Assembly: GCA_017555825.1 (NCBI GenBank)
Contig: JAFZFQ010000046.1
Coordinates: 8,741-72,740 of the forward strand
Length of the DNA stretch: 64,000 nucleotides
From: Bacteroidaceae bacterium
Lineage (GTDB): Bacteria > Bacteroidota > Bacteroidia > Bacteroidales > Barnesiellaceae_A
Direction of reading: 5' to 3'
Each line of letters opens with the position of its first letter. Position 1 is the stretch's first letter. This document shows positions 28,952 to 38,836 of this stretch, in pieces. Under the pieces are notes generated by a model. It was not told the origin of the DNA and searched no databases. It worked only from the letters and a program-made list of their open reading frames with translations. The position numbers and the translations under genes are program-made.

Positions 28952-29356
28952 TTATTTTTTGGCTTCCAAGATAGGCAAGTTGGCCTCGGTGGGGATGTAA
29001 ATCACCTTGTCGGTAGCAGTATTTTGTTGGCGCACCCACAAGTATTGTATATAGGTGGGAGTAAGCGAGCCATTCTCTATTTGTATCGCCTCGGCGGCAC
29101 CTTTGGCGCGCTCTACCTCGGCTTGGGCATTGAGTTTCTCGGCTTCCAAGTTGGCCTTGGCCTCCTCTATCTTGATGCGACGGTTTTGCTCGGCCTTAGC
29201 AAACTCGGCTCTACCGCTCATCTCTTGACTCCACACGGTGTAGGTGGGTATGGCAAACATGAAGAATGCGATAACCAAAACAACTGTAAGCAACATAGAC
29301 CAGTAGAACGATGCGTGATAAATGGTCCTTCCGGGTTCTCTTGTGATGAATTTCAT
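28952..29356 (-). CDS. Small membrane protein resembling the C-terminal part of SPFH/prohibitin proteins
   Basis: One TM helix, Ala/Glu coiled coil (AKANLEAEKLNAQAEVERAKGAAEA), LTPTYIQYLW, VIYIPTEANLPILE. Confidence 0.7.
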   Translation of the reverse strand: MKFITREPGRTIYHASFYWSMLLTVVLVIAFFMFAIPTYTVWSQEMSGRAEFAKAEQNRRIKIEEAKANLEAEKLNAQAEVERAKGAAEAIQIENGSLTPTYIQYLWVRQQNTATDKVIYIPTEANLPILEAKK

Positions 29357-29392
29357 GATAGATATTATTATGGGTTACTAATAAAATTCATT

Positions 29393-30610
29393 CTATCGCA
29401 ACATGTTGGCTACACGCTTCACTGCGGCAATAAAGGTGTCTACCTCTTCGCGGGTGTTGTATGCGGCAAATGAGGCTCTCACTGTGCCATCGATGCCCAA
29501 GGCGTGCATGAGCGGTTGTGCGCAGTGGTGTCCTGTGCGCACGGCTATGCCCAACTTGTCGAGTAACATGCCCATGTCGTAGTGGTGTATATTGCCTACG
29601 AGGAACGATATGACAGGTGTCTTGTGTGCGGCTGTGCCGTAAATTCTCAAGTCGTCTATCTCTTGCAGGCGAGCGGTAGCATATTGTAGCAGGTCATCCT
29701 CATGAGCTTTCATAGCCTCAAATCCCACGCTCTCTATCCAATCGAGAGCGGTAGCAAAGGCTGCACTGCCCACATAGTCGGGTGTACCCGCCTCAAACTT
29801 ATAGGGCAACTCATTGAAGGTGGTGCGCTCAAATGATACTTGAGCAATCATTTCGCCACCGCCTTGGTAGGGGGGCATGGCATTGAGCCACTTTTCTTTG
29901 CCATAGAGTACGCCTATACCTGTGGGGCCATACACCTTGTGTGCCGAGAATACGTAGAAGTCGGCATCGAGCGCTTGCACATCGACAGCCAAGTGGGGTA
30001 TGCCTTGTGCGCCATCGACCAGCACAGGCACGTCGTGCGAGTGGGCGTAGGCAATCATATCCTCAACGGGGTTGATAGTACCCAGTACGTTCGATGCATG
30101 CATTACACACACCAATCTTGTGCGCTCGTTGAACAAGCTATGATATACCTCCAAATCCAATTCTCCGCGTTCGTTGATGGGTACAACTCGCAGTTTTATA
30201 TCCTTGCGACCTTGCAACAGTTGCCAGGGTACAATGTCCGAGTGGTGCTCCATAACGGTGAGTATCACTTCGTCGCCATCGTGCAAGAATTGCTCACCAA
30301 AGGAGTGTGCTACCAAGTTTATCGCCTCGGTAGTACCACGAGTGAATATAATCTCATGGCTGTGACGGGCGTTGATGTAGCGTTGCACGCGCTTGCGGGC
30401 ATTTTCGTGTGCTTCGGTGGCCTCTTGGCTCAAGGTGTGCACGCCGCGGTGTACATTGGCATTTACACGACAGTAGCTGTGTGCAATGCGGTCGATAACA
30501 CATTGCGGGTGTTGCGATGTGGCGGCATTGTCGAGGTATATGAGCGGCTTGCCATATATCTCACGACTCAATATAGGGAATTGGGAACGAATAGAGGCTA
30601 TATCTAACAT
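29393..30610 (-). CDS. sufS: Cysteine desulfurase SufS
   Basis: YLDNAATSQ, NANVHRG, FSAHK.YGPTGIG, RTGHHCAQP; start moved to MLDIASIR. Confidence 0.95.
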   Translation of the reverse strand: MLDIASIRSQFPILSREIYGKPLIYLDNAATSQHPQCVIDRIAHSYCRVNANVHRGVHTLSQEATEAHENARKRVQRYINARHSHEIIFTRGTTEAINLVAHSFGEQFLHDGDEVILTVMEHHSDIVPWQLLQGRKDIKLRVVPINERGELDLEVYHSLFNERTRLVCVMHASNVLGTINPVEDMIAYAHSHDVPVLVDGAQGIPHLAVDVQALDADFYVFSAHKVYGPTGIGVLYGKEKWLNAMPPYQGGGEMIAQVSFERTTFNELPYKFEAGTPDYVGSAAFATALDWIESVGFEAMKAHEDDLLQYATARLQEIDDLRIYGTAAHKTPVISFLVGNIHHYDMGMLLDKLGIAVRTGHHCAQPLMHALGIDGTVRASFAAYNTREEVDTFIAAVKRVANMLR

Positions 30611-30612
30611 CG

Positions 30613-31968
30613 TTATTGTTGTTTTTGTGTGCGCATGGCACATTGCTGACATTGCGACAACTCGCCGCGGAAACGTTTCTCTACCAATTGACGCAGACGG
30701 TCTTTGAGGGCCTCAAGACGCACATTCTCTATCACGTCGCTCATAAATGCAAACTGCAAGAGCATGCGGGCCTCGGCCTCTGAGATACCACGTGTGCGCA
30801 TGTAGAAGAGTGCTTGTTGGTCGAGCTGACCCACTGTTGCTCCGTGGCTACACTTCACATCATCGGCATATATCTCCAATTGGGGCTTGGTGTACATGTG
30901 TGCGGTAGATGAGGCACAGAGGTTCTTGTTGCTTTGGTAGGCCTCGGTCTTTTGAGAACCCTCGCGCACCAAGATACGGCCGGCAAATGAGCCTATGGCG
31001 TTTTCGTCAAGCACAAACTTGAAGAGCTCGTTGCTTGTGCAGTGTGCTGCGCGGTGGTCGATGTGGCTATACACGTCAACCTTCTTCTCGCCATCGGCAA
31101 TGGCCATACCGCAGAGTTGAGTCTCGCAACCTTCGCCATCGAGAGCTATGTAATAGTTGTCGCGGGTAGCGCCATTGCGCAGGGTTATGCCGTTGACCAA
31201 TACGTTTGATGTAGCGGCTTGGTGTACAAAGGTAGACGACACACGTTGCACGCAAGAGGCGTTCTCCTCAAGGTTATAGTAGTCTACCACGGCGCCCTCG
31301 CCGGCATATATTTCGGTTACTTGGGTTATCACTTGGTTTATGCCATCGTCTTCGCTGTGGTCGCACACCAAGAGTTTGGCTTGCGCACCCTCTTCGGCCA
31401 CTACCAAGATACGGCGGTTGTGCATCATAGATACACCGCCACTGATGATGTTGACAAGCTGTATAGGGCGTTCCAATACTACATGACGAGGAATGTACAA
31501 GAAGAAACCATCTTGAGCCAAGAGGGTGTTCAAGGCCACAGTGCCATCTTTGCTCATGTCGGCTACCTTGCCATAGTAGCGTGCTACCAACTCGGGATGA
31601 GACTCGGCTATATCGCGCAGAGAGCCTGCCAATACGCCGTCGGGCAACTCGCGGTTGCGATCGTTGCGGTAGAAGTTGTCGCCTACAAGGAAGTAGAGCT
31701 GTGTAGAGAGGTTGGGAACATCGCAACGGAAAGCCTCGTGGGGTTGTGAGGGCAACTCGATGCGTGTGATGTTCAAGCCGTAGTCGGGCGCAAAAATCTC
31801 TTCAAGGTTGGTATGATGATAGTCTTCGTGGCGTGTTGTGGGCAGTCCGTTGCGCTCTATCTCTTGCAGAGCAGCCGGACGCAAAGCGTTGAGCACCGCT
31901 GTCGAGTGACGGTCTATCACCTCATGATGCTCACGATAGAGGTCTATATATTGTTGTAGTGCTTGCAT
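30613..31968 (-). CDS. sufD: Fe-S cluster assembly protein SufD
   Basis: KPQLEIYADDVKCSHGATVGQLD, LFYMRTRGI. Confidence 0.95.
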   Translation of the reverse strand: MQALQQYIDLYREHHEVIDRHSTAVLNALRPAALQEIERNGLPTTRHEDYHHTNLEEIFAPDYGLNITRIELPSQPHEAFRCDVPNLSTQLYFLVGDNFYRNDRNRELPDGVLAGSLRDIAESHPELVARYYGKVADMSKDGTVALNTLLAQDGFFLYIPRHVVLERPIQLVNIISGGVSMMHNRRILVVAEEGAQAKLLVCDHSEDDGINQVITQVTEIYAGEGAVVDYYNLEENASCVQRVSSTFVHQAATSNVLVNGITLRNGATRDNYYIALDGEGCETQLCGMAIADGEKKVDVYSHIDHRAAHCTSNELFKFVLDENAIGSFAGRILVREGSQKTEAYQSNKNLCASSTAHMYTKPQLEIYADDVKCSHGATVGQLDQQALFYMRTRGISEAEARMLLQFAFMSDVIENVRLEALKDRLRQLVEKRFRGELSQCQQCAMRTQKQQ

Positions 31969-31977
31969 ATCTCTCTA

Positions 31978-32733
31978 TTATAATTCGCCCAACTCTTTTT
32001 TAATCCAATCGTAGCCCTTCTCTTCGAGTTCGAGAGCCAATTCGGGACCACCCGATTTCACGATACGACCTTTGTACAATACGTGTACAAAGTCGGGTGC
32101 AATGTAGTCGAGCAGACGTTGGTAGTGAGTAATCACGATAGTAGCATTATTCTCGGTTTTGAGCTTGTTGACACCCTCGGCTACGATGCGCAATGCGTCG
32201 ATGTCAAGACCGCTATCGGTCTCGTCGAGGATTGATAGGCGGGGCTCAAGCATGGCCATTTGGAATATCTCGTTGCGCTTTTTCTCACCGCCCGAGAAGC
32301 CTTCGTTTACCGAGCGACTTGCCAACTTGTTGTCCAACTCGACAATGGCACGTTTCTCGCGCATGAGTTTCAAGAAGTCGGTGGCCGACATAGGCTCTTC
32401 GCCACGGTACTTGCGCAACTCGTTGATGGCGGCGCGCATGAAGTTTACCATGCTCACACCGGGTATCTCAACGGGGTATTGAAAGCTGAGGAACAAGCCT
32501 TCGTGAGAGCGGTCTTCGGGCGAGAGTGCCAAGAGGTCTTTGCCGTAAAATTCAACCTCACCCTTGGTTACTTCGTATGCAGGATTACCTGTGAGCACTG
32601 CCGAGAGTGTACTCTTGCCCGAGCCGTTAGGACCCATGATGGCGTGTACCTCACCGGGACGCACTGTCAGGTTTATACCTTTCAATATCTCTTTGCCATT
32701 GATATTGGCATGTAAGTCTTTTATTTGTAACAT
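31978..32733 (-). CDS. sufC: Fe-S cluster assembly ATPase SufC
   Basis: GPNGSGKST, LFLSFQYPVEIPGV, NEGFSGGEKKR. Confidence 0.97.
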   Translation of the reverse strand: MLQIKDLHANINGKEILKGINLTVRPGEVHAIMGPNGSGKSTLSAVLTGNPAYEVTKGEVEFYGKDLLALSPEDRSHEGLFLSFQYPVEIPGVSMVNFMRAAINELRKYRGEEPMSATDFLKLMREKRAIVELDNKLASRSVNEGFSGGEKKRNEIFQMAMLEPRLSILDETDSGLDIDALRIVAEGVNKLKTENNATIVITHYQRLLDYIAPDFVHVLYKGRIVKSGGPELALELEEKGYDWIKKELGEL

Positions 32734-32836
32734 ATTGTAGTCTTATTTTTTGTTTACCAATTATTTTTCTTTTTACCACATTGCGTTGCAACTTACCAGC
32801 CTATGGTATATAGCATGAGCAATATGATATATCGCA

Positions 32837-32844
32837 CAAAGATA
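32837..32844 (-). promoter_or_regulatory. -7 promoter element (TATCTTTG) upstream of sufC
   Basis: TAnnTTTG about 100 bp upstream of the sufC ATG. Confidence 0.55.
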
Positions 32845-33039
32845 CACTTTTTCTGCTGTTTTGCATAGTGTAGGTGGTTAAAAAATGTATGTGTGTATAC
32901 GTGTTGATTTTCAATAAGATACAAAAATCAGAAGCATTTTCTGTCGAAAAAATTTTGTTACATCAATATCTCATCATATATTTGTATCGGTTGCCGATAT
33001 AATGACAGCCGATATAACGCGTATCGATATATATAAATT

Positions 33040-33387
33040 ATGCAAGAAAACACAGGTATAGTTCTCACGGAGGCAGTATATTACATACTGCTCTCGCTTA
33101 CTACCCCCCTGCACGGGTATGGTATAATGCAGAAGATAGAGGATATGACTCATGGCCGATTGATTGTCTCGGCCGGTACGTTGTATGGTGCTATCAACAC
33201 GCTGCTTGAGCGAGGTTGGATAAAGCAACATGTTACAGCCGAGGATAGCCGTCGCAAAGAGTATGTGATAACCGATGAGGGAAAGAAGGTGCTCAAGGCC
33301 GAATTGGCTCGATTGCGCCAATTGGTGGAGCATGGTGAAGCTACCCTCGCAAAATTCAATTTCAATTTAAGTATAACCTTAGTATAA
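33040..33387 (+). CDS. PadR family transcriptional regulator
   Basis: YILLSLTTPLHGYGIMQ, AGTLYGAI..L, RRKEYVITDEGK. Confidence 0.9.
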   Translation: MQENTGIVLTEAVYYILLSLTTPLHGYGIMQKIEDMTHGRLIVSAGTLYGAINTLLERGWIKQHVTAEDSRRKEYVITDEGKKVLKAELARLRQLVEHGEATLAKFNFNLSITLV

Positions 33388-33396
33388 TGCAGAATT

Positions 33397-33978
33397 ATGG
33401 AGACAAAACGTTATTTCAGGTATTTCACCATTGCCGACTATGAGCAAGAGGAAAAATGGATAAATAATATGAGCCGCTGTGGCTGGAACTTGGTGCGTAC
33501 CAATGGACTGATATATACCTTCGAGAAGGGCAATCCTGGTGAGTATATATACAAGATAGACTTGCCACGTGAGTCTATGACCAACGTTGAGGCCGATGCC
33601 TACTATAAGTTTATGGAGGAGTTTGATATTGAGGTTGTTACTACTCATAAGATGTGGCGCTATTTGCGCAAGAAGAGTGCCGACGGGCCCTTTGATATGC
33701 CCAACAACGCTATGGCGCAACTCTCTATGGTCAATCGAGCCTATGGCGTGGCTACCAAGCTCACCAATACCCTTATTGTGATATTTGCGCTCATTATTCT
33801 GTTATTGACTCTTGTTTTGAACCTTGTTGATGGTGTTGCTGCTGCATTTATTACCGGCATGGTTACGAGTCTGGGTCCTTCGGCTCTTGTTGCTATGGCG
33901 ATTATTCTTGTGCCCATTTCGCGACGTCTGCGCATACGCATGAATGAACTGATGGACGAGATACAAGTCAAAGGATAA
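33397..33978 (+). CDS. DUF2812-like membrane protein
   Basis: YEQEEKWINNMSRCGWNL...YTFEKGNPGEYIYKID; two C-terminal TM helices; follows PadR. Confidence 0.8.
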   Translation: METKRYFRYFTIADYEQEEKWINNMSRCGWNLVRTNGLIYTFEKGNPGEYIYKIDLPRESMTNVEADAYYKFMEEFDIEVVTTHKMWRYLRKKSADGPFDMPNNAMAQLSMVNRAYGVATKLTNTLIVIFALIILLLTLVLNLVDGVAAAFITGMVTSLGPSALVAMAIILVPISRRLRIRMNELMDEIQVKG

Positions 33979-33994
33979 ATACTCCCAACATATA

Positions 33995-34038
33995 CCAAAC
34001 GAGGCGACCTGCGGTGAAATGCGGGTCGCCTCGTTTGG
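33995..34038. terminator. Bidirectional terminator
   Basis: ccaaacgaggcgacc...ggtcgcctcgtttgg long stem between convergent genes. Confidence 0.75.
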
Positions 34039-34054
34039 TATGATATAGAGTGGG

Positions 34055-34678
34055 TTACTGGAAGATGTAACCAACCGATATGCCGAGTTTAAATATGTCG
34101 TTGCGTGTGGTTTGGTTTAGAAAAGATGCTTGTCGGGTGAGGTCGGGCAGATAGGCAAAGTTGAGACCCACTCGCACATCGTTGAAATTGTAGGCCACAC
34201 CCACCTCGGCTTTGAGACCAAACATTACCTCGTTTTTGACAAATGATACATTATCATCATCAAAATAGTGATTCATTGTGGTTGTTACAGGGATGTCGAG
34301 TTTGGGGCCTATGCCTAAGTAGGCGTGAAACTTCTTGTATCCGAGTTTTCCACGGAAGGTTGTGTTGAAGTGGATGTTGTGGCGTTGCAATCGCCAATCG
34401 ACTTCTTCGATAGGCAATCCTGTACCCTCTATAATATCAATTCGATCAATACCACCGGTTGTCATATAACCGACCTCGCTCGATAGGTAATACCAACTAT
34501 TTTCCAACCAATCGATACCCAAAGTGAGACTGTTGCTTACCAATGTCTTTGTAAAATTGTGCGTAGGAGTGTCGTCTTGCATTGAAGAAAATGATGTGCC
34601 CACGTCGAGTTTGATAACTTGTGCCGACAGCGGTAGAGCTGCAAGAATGATGACGGAGAGTAATGCTATTCGTTTCAT
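34055..34678 (-). CDS. Outer-membrane beta-barrel (porin-family) protein
   Basis: Signal peptide, alternating beta-strands, C-terminal ISVGYIF. Confidence 0.75.
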   Translation of the reverse strand: MKRIALLSVIILAALPLSAQVIKLDVGTSFSSMQDDTPTHNFTKTLVSNSLTLGIDWLENSWYYLSSEVGYMTTGGIDRIDIIEGTGLPIEEVDWRLQRHNIHFNTTFRGKLGYKKFHAYLGIGPKLDIPVTTTMNHYFDDDNVSFVKNEVMFGLKAEVGVAYNFNDVRVGLNFAYLPDLTRQASFLNQTTRNDIFKLGISVGYIFQ

Positions 34679-34727
34679 GGTGCTTGTTTTTGCGGTGAGT
34701 TATTGTATGCTTGGTTCTTGTGGTGAG

Positions 34728-35369
34728 TTACTTGCGGCCGAAATCGGCGGGGATTTCGCCCCATTGGTCGGTTTCCCACTTGATGATGCGGTTGGTGTAG
34801 GTGTTGTTATGCAACCATGCTTCGGCACGGGCTATCATGTCGAAGATGGGGGCATTGACGGCGTTGCGTTCCAACTTGGTCTTGCATTGCTTTTGCTTCA
34901 CCCACAACATGGCATTGCGGCTGTCGCTGTATATAGGCATGTTGTTGCCCATCTTTTTGAGTAGTGCCAGACCGTGTACGAGGGCCAAAAATTCGCCGAT
35001 ATTGTTGGTGCCCTGCTCCATGGGGCCTATGCGGAATACTTCCAATCCTGTGGCAACATACACACCGCGATACTCCATCTTTCCGGGGTTGCCACTGCAG
35101 GCGGCATCGACCGCCAAGCTGTCGCGTATGACGCTTGCCGGCAGTGTGGCAGGGGTAAATGTTTTGGTGTGATGCTGGCTCATTTGTTTGAGTATGCCTA
35201 TATGTTCCGATGCGCTGCCTCGGAATGCCTCTATGGCGGCCTCTTTCGAGTCAAAAGCCTTGTATTGGGCGCCCTTATAGCCTTCGGTCTGTAGGCGGCA
35301 CTCCTCCCAAGAGTCGTATACTCCGGGCGAAAGGCCTTCCCAAACAACATAATATTTCATTTTTTTCAT
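34728..35369 (-). CDS. rnhA: Ribonuclease HI with N-terminal viroplasmin-like hybrid-binding domain
   Basis: KYYVVWEG..PGVYDSWEEC, AVDAACSGNPG, GTNNIGEFLA, IYSDS, EIPADFGRK. Confidence 0.9.
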   Translation of the reverse strand: MKKMKYYVVWEGLSPGVYDSWEECRLQTEGYKGAQYKAFDSKEAAIEAFRGSASEHIGILKQMSQHHTKTFTPATLPASVIRDSLAVDAACSGNPGKMEYRGVYVATGLEVFRIGPMEQGTNNIGEFLALVHGLALLKKMGNNMPIYSDSRNAMLWVKQKQCKTKLERNAVNAPIFDMIARAEAWLHNNTYTNRIIKWETDQWGEIPADFGRK

Positions 35370-35452
35370 CGGGAAATTTTTCTTTTGAGTGAACTCATTG
35401 GTGCAAAAGTAAGCTTTTTCTTGGAAAACTCTCTATCTTTGCCCCAATAAAG

Positions 35453-35995
35453 ATGACTGATACCTACATGAAACAACCGATATTTCTCATAGGCTATATG
35501 GCAGCGGGCAAGACCTCGTTGGGCCGTTTCGCGGCCAAGCGTCTGGGGCGAGAGTTTATCGACCTCGATAAGTATATCGAGTCGCGTTTTCGTCAGAGTA
35601 TTAGCGACTTGTTTGCTGCGCGGGGCGAGGAGGCTTTTCGTATTATAGAGCGCAATATGTTGCACGAGGTAGCCGAGTTTGACAATGTGCTTGTTGCCAC
35701 AGGTGGTGGCACGCCTTGTTTCTTTGATAACATGGCCTACATGAACGAGCGCGGCGTGGCGGTTTTTCTCACGTGTTCGGTAGAGGTTATATGTCATCGC
35801 TTGATGATTGCCAAGGTAAAACGTCCGCTTGTAGAGGGCTGTACGCCCGAGCAGTTGCACAGCAAGGTAACAACCATGCTCGAGCAACGTTTGCCCTATT
35901 ATACCCAGGCTCGCTATACATTTCAGGCCGATGAATATGAAAAAGCAACTGCCCTGGCATTGGCTACCGAGCAGTTGCGCGAAATATCGGAATAA
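35453..35995 (+). CDS. aroK: Shikimate kinase
   Basis: IFLIGYMAAGKT, FIDLD, ATGGGTPCFF, KRPL. Confidence 0.93.
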   Translation: MTDTYMKQPIFLIGYMAAGKTSLGRFAAKRLGREFIDLDKYIESRFRQSISDLFAARGEEAFRIIERNMLHEVAEFDNVLVATGGGTPCFFDNMAYMNERGVAVFLTCSVEVICHRLMIAKVKRPLVEGCTPEQLHSKVTTMLEQRLPYYTQARYTFQADEYEKATALALATEQLREISE

Positions 35996-36010
35996 TCGTA
36001 TTTCCCTCTT

Positions 36011-36880
36011 TTAGTCTCTCTTATCGACACCCCACATGAGCTTGTTGCGCAAGGTCTTCGAGAAGGTGTGTCCGTTTCCCTTTACAACCTTGATGGTAAA
36101 TGGTGCTTTGCGCAGGGTGATAGTCTCGCCGGCAGGTAGTTGTATAGAACGACCGTCGCAACTGAGCATAAACTTGCCCGTGCGGCAAGCTACTTGAAGC
36201 GAAATGGTAACATCATCGTTTACAACCAACGGGCGCACTGTGAAGCTGTGCGGTGCTACGGGAGCCAACACCCAGTTGGCTGCTTGCGGCATGAGAATGG
36301 GGCCTCCGGCACTAAGTGCGTAGGCTGTAGAGCCTGTGGGAGTGGCTATAACCAAGCCGTCGGCCTGGTAGGTGTTGAAGTAGTCGTCGTTGATAGCAGT
36401 GCGTATAGAAATCATCGAGGCACTATCTTGCTTGAGTATGGCAACCTCGTTGAGCGAGTAGGGCCATATAGTCTCTATGCCGTTGGCATCGACTTGTAGC
36501 AATGTGCGTTCTTCTACTTGATACTGGCCTTTGAGTATATCTTGCAGGGTGTGTCCTACCTCATTGCCCGACAAGTCGGCCAGGAAGCCTAAGTGTCCGG
36601 TGTTGATGCCCAAGATGGGTATACCTTTGCTGCCAATACAAGTGGCAGTGTGCAAGAAAGTGCCATCACCACCTATGCTCAGCGCCATGTCAGCGTCGAA
36701 ATTGTGGTCGGATATATAGTTCATGTCGGGTAGCTGCAGGGCGCTATCGGTGAGCAACATATCGACAAATTCTTGCTCGATACATATCTCGCACCCCAGG
36801 GCTACGAGCGTGTCGAATAGTTCTTGTACAACCTCTTGGTATGAGGTGTGATATTGTTTACCAAATATTGCTATTTTCAT
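36011..36880 (-). CDS. nadK: NAD kinase
   Basis: IGGDGTFL, GINTGHLGFL, LNEV, DGLVIATPTGSTAYALSAGGP; start moved to MKIAIFGK. Confidence 0.95.
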   Translation of the reverse strand: MKIAIFGKQYHTSYQEVVQELFDTLVALGCEICIEQEFVDMLLTDSALQLPDMNYISDHNFDADMALSIGGDGTFLHTATCIGSKGIPILGINTGHLGFLADLSGNEVGHTLQDILKGQYQVEERTLLQVDANGIETIWPYSLNEVAILKQDSASMISIRTAINDDYFNTYQADGLVIATPTGSTAYALSAGGPILMPQAANWVLAPVAPHSFTVRPLVVNDDVTISLQVACRTGKFMLSCDGRSIQLPAGETITLRKAPFTIKVVKGNGHTFSKTLRNKLMWGVDKRD

Positions 36881-37041
36881 GACAATAAAAACTCGATAAC
36901 ACAACAAATGTAGTTCATTTATCATAAAACAACAAAACGGGGCGCGATTTTTTGTGTATTATTGCCGAAATATCTATTTTTGTATCAGTGTGCAGATGCG
37001 CTTGTAGCATGTGCAAACAAGGATTTTAGGAATATTACAGA

Positions 37042-37974
37042 ATGGTAAAAGTGCTTGTAACGGGTGCAAATGGTATGTTGGCATCCAATTTGATAGATGA
37101 ATTGCTTCGCAAGGGTTATAGTGTAGTGGGTATGGTGCGCCGTCGCTCATCGTATCGTGGTGTGCAAGGTGAAAACCTGGAGTTGTTTGAAGGTGACTTT
37201 AAGAATCCTCAACATCTTGAGAAGGCCTTGCAGGGCTGTACCGGCCTTTTTCATGTTGCTGCTATTACTGACCAGACGTTGCTCAAGTATGAAGATTATG
37301 AGGCTGTAAACACGAAACCGGTGTCGGTGTTGATGGATACTGCTGTGAAGTGTGGCCTCAAGCGCGTTGTATTGGTAAGCACAGCCAATACCATAGGCAA
37401 CGGTTCTTGGGAGATGCCTGCCGATGAGACAAAAGAGTGGAATGCACCCCTCTCTGAGTCATTCTATGCACAGAGCAAGGCTGCAGCCGAGAAGATATTC
37501 AGGAAATATGTCGATAAGATAGAGTGTGTAATTGTCAACCCTACCTTTATGGTGGGTCGCTTTGGTACAAGTGCCGGTTCAAACCAAATTTTCGACATGG
37601 CTCACGCTGTTACATTCTGTCCACCGGGTGGTAAGAACTTCTTGGATGTTGAAGAGGCGGCTCGTGGTATGGTACTTGCCTATGAGCAAGGTCGCAGTGG
37701 CGAGAACTATCTGATATGTGGCGAGAATATATCGTTTAAGGACTTTTACAAGCGCATATCGCGAGTGAAACTCATGGTTATGGTTCCCGAGTTTGTTATG
37801 AAGTTCTTCGGATTGATAGGCAACTTATTGCGCTCTATGGGCTTTAAGGTGGCATTCTCATTACCCAATATGAAGATACTGTGCATGCCCGATGCCTATG
37901 TGGGTGATAAGGCTCGCCGAGAATTGGGTTTTGATCCCAAGCCTCTTGCCATAGCCGAGATGGCCGAAAAATAG
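37042..37974 (+). CDS. NAD-dependent epimerase/dehydratase (extended SDR, dihydroflavonol-reductase-like)
   Basis: VLVTGANGMLA, FHVAA, YAQSK (YxxxK), VIVNPTFMVG. Confidence 0.88.
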   Translation: MVKVLVTGANGMLASNLIDELLRKGYSVVGMVRRRSSYRGVQGENLELFEGDFKNPQHLEKALQGCTGLFHVAAITDQTLLKYEDYEAVNTKPVSVLMDTAVKCGLKRVVLVSTANTIGNGSWEMPADETKEWNAPLSESFYAQSKAAAEKIFRKYVDKIECVIVNPTFMVGRFGTSAGSNQIFDMAHAVTFCPPGGKNFLDVEEAARGMVLAYEQGRSGENYLICGENISFKDFYKRISRVKLMVMVPEFVMKFFGLIGNLLRSMGFKVAFSLPNMKILCMPDAYVGDKARRELGFDPKPLAIAEMAEK

Positions 37975-38114
37975 AGCTGCAAGTTAAATTCTTATTCGAT
38001 CGCCTTGTGCAAATCAACGATAAGATGCTTTGTATGGGGTAAAAAATAAGTAAACTTATTTTGTTCTCCTCTCGCTTATCGCTATCTTTGTTCCCTATAA
38101 AAGAATAAATAATT

Positions 38115-38828
38115 ATGACCAAACTGAGTGTTAATGTCAATAAGATAGCTACTTTGCGCAATGCGCGAGGTGGCAATGTGCCCAATGTGTTGAAGGTGGC
38201 TCTCGATTGTGAGACTTTCGGAGCCGATGGTATTACTGTGCATCCTCGTCCCGACGAGCGTCACATTCGCTATGCCGATGTATATGAATTGCGACCTGCG
38301 TTGCGCACCGAGTTCAATATCGAGGGTAATCCTACCGAGTCGTTTATCGACTTGGTGCTTAAAGCTAAGCCCGCTCAAGTAACCCTTGTGCCCGATGCCC
38401 CCGATGCTATCACCTCAAACGCCGGATGGGATACTCGCACACACTTCGATTTCTTGGTAAAGGTTATCGACCAATTTAAGAGTGCCGGTATACGCACCTC
38501 TATTTTTGTGGGTACCGACCTTGAACTTATTACTTTGGCAGCAAAGACCGGTACCGACCGTGTAGAGTTGTATACCGAGCCCTATGCTGCTCAATATCCG
38601 CACGACCCCGCTGCTGCAGTAGCTCCCTTTGCCGAGGCTGCCAAGCATGCTCACAGCCTGGGATTGGGTATTAATGCCGGTCACGATTTGAGTCTTGAGA
38701 ACTTGAAGTATTTCCACGACAATGTACCCTATCTTAGTGAGGTATCTATTGGTCATGCCCTTATTGCCGATGCTCTCTATCTGGGACTTGAAACTACCAT
38801 TGCACGCTACAAAGAGTGCCTTAAATAA
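38115..38828 (+). CDS. pdxJ: Pyridoxine 5'-phosphate synthase
   Basis: [42 protein letters not shown]. Confidence 0.96.
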   Translation: MTKLSVNVNKIATLRNARGGNVPNVLKVALDCETFGADGITVHPRPDERHIRYADVYELRPALRTEFNIEGNPTESFIDLVLKAKPAQVTLVPDAPDAITSNAGWDTRTHFDFLVKVIDQFKSAGIRTSIFVGTDLELITLAAKTGTDRVELYTEPYAAQYPHDPAAAVAPFAEAAKHAHSLGLGINAGHDLSLENLKYFHDNVPYLSEVSIGHALIADALYLGLETTIARYKECLK

Positions 38829-38836
38829 TAAGTGTT

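Noticed and set aside
34728-35369. Viroplasmin-like domain suggesting viral origin
   Set aside because: This hybrid-binding domain is a normal N-terminal part of many bacterial RNase HI proteins; no phage genes are nearby.
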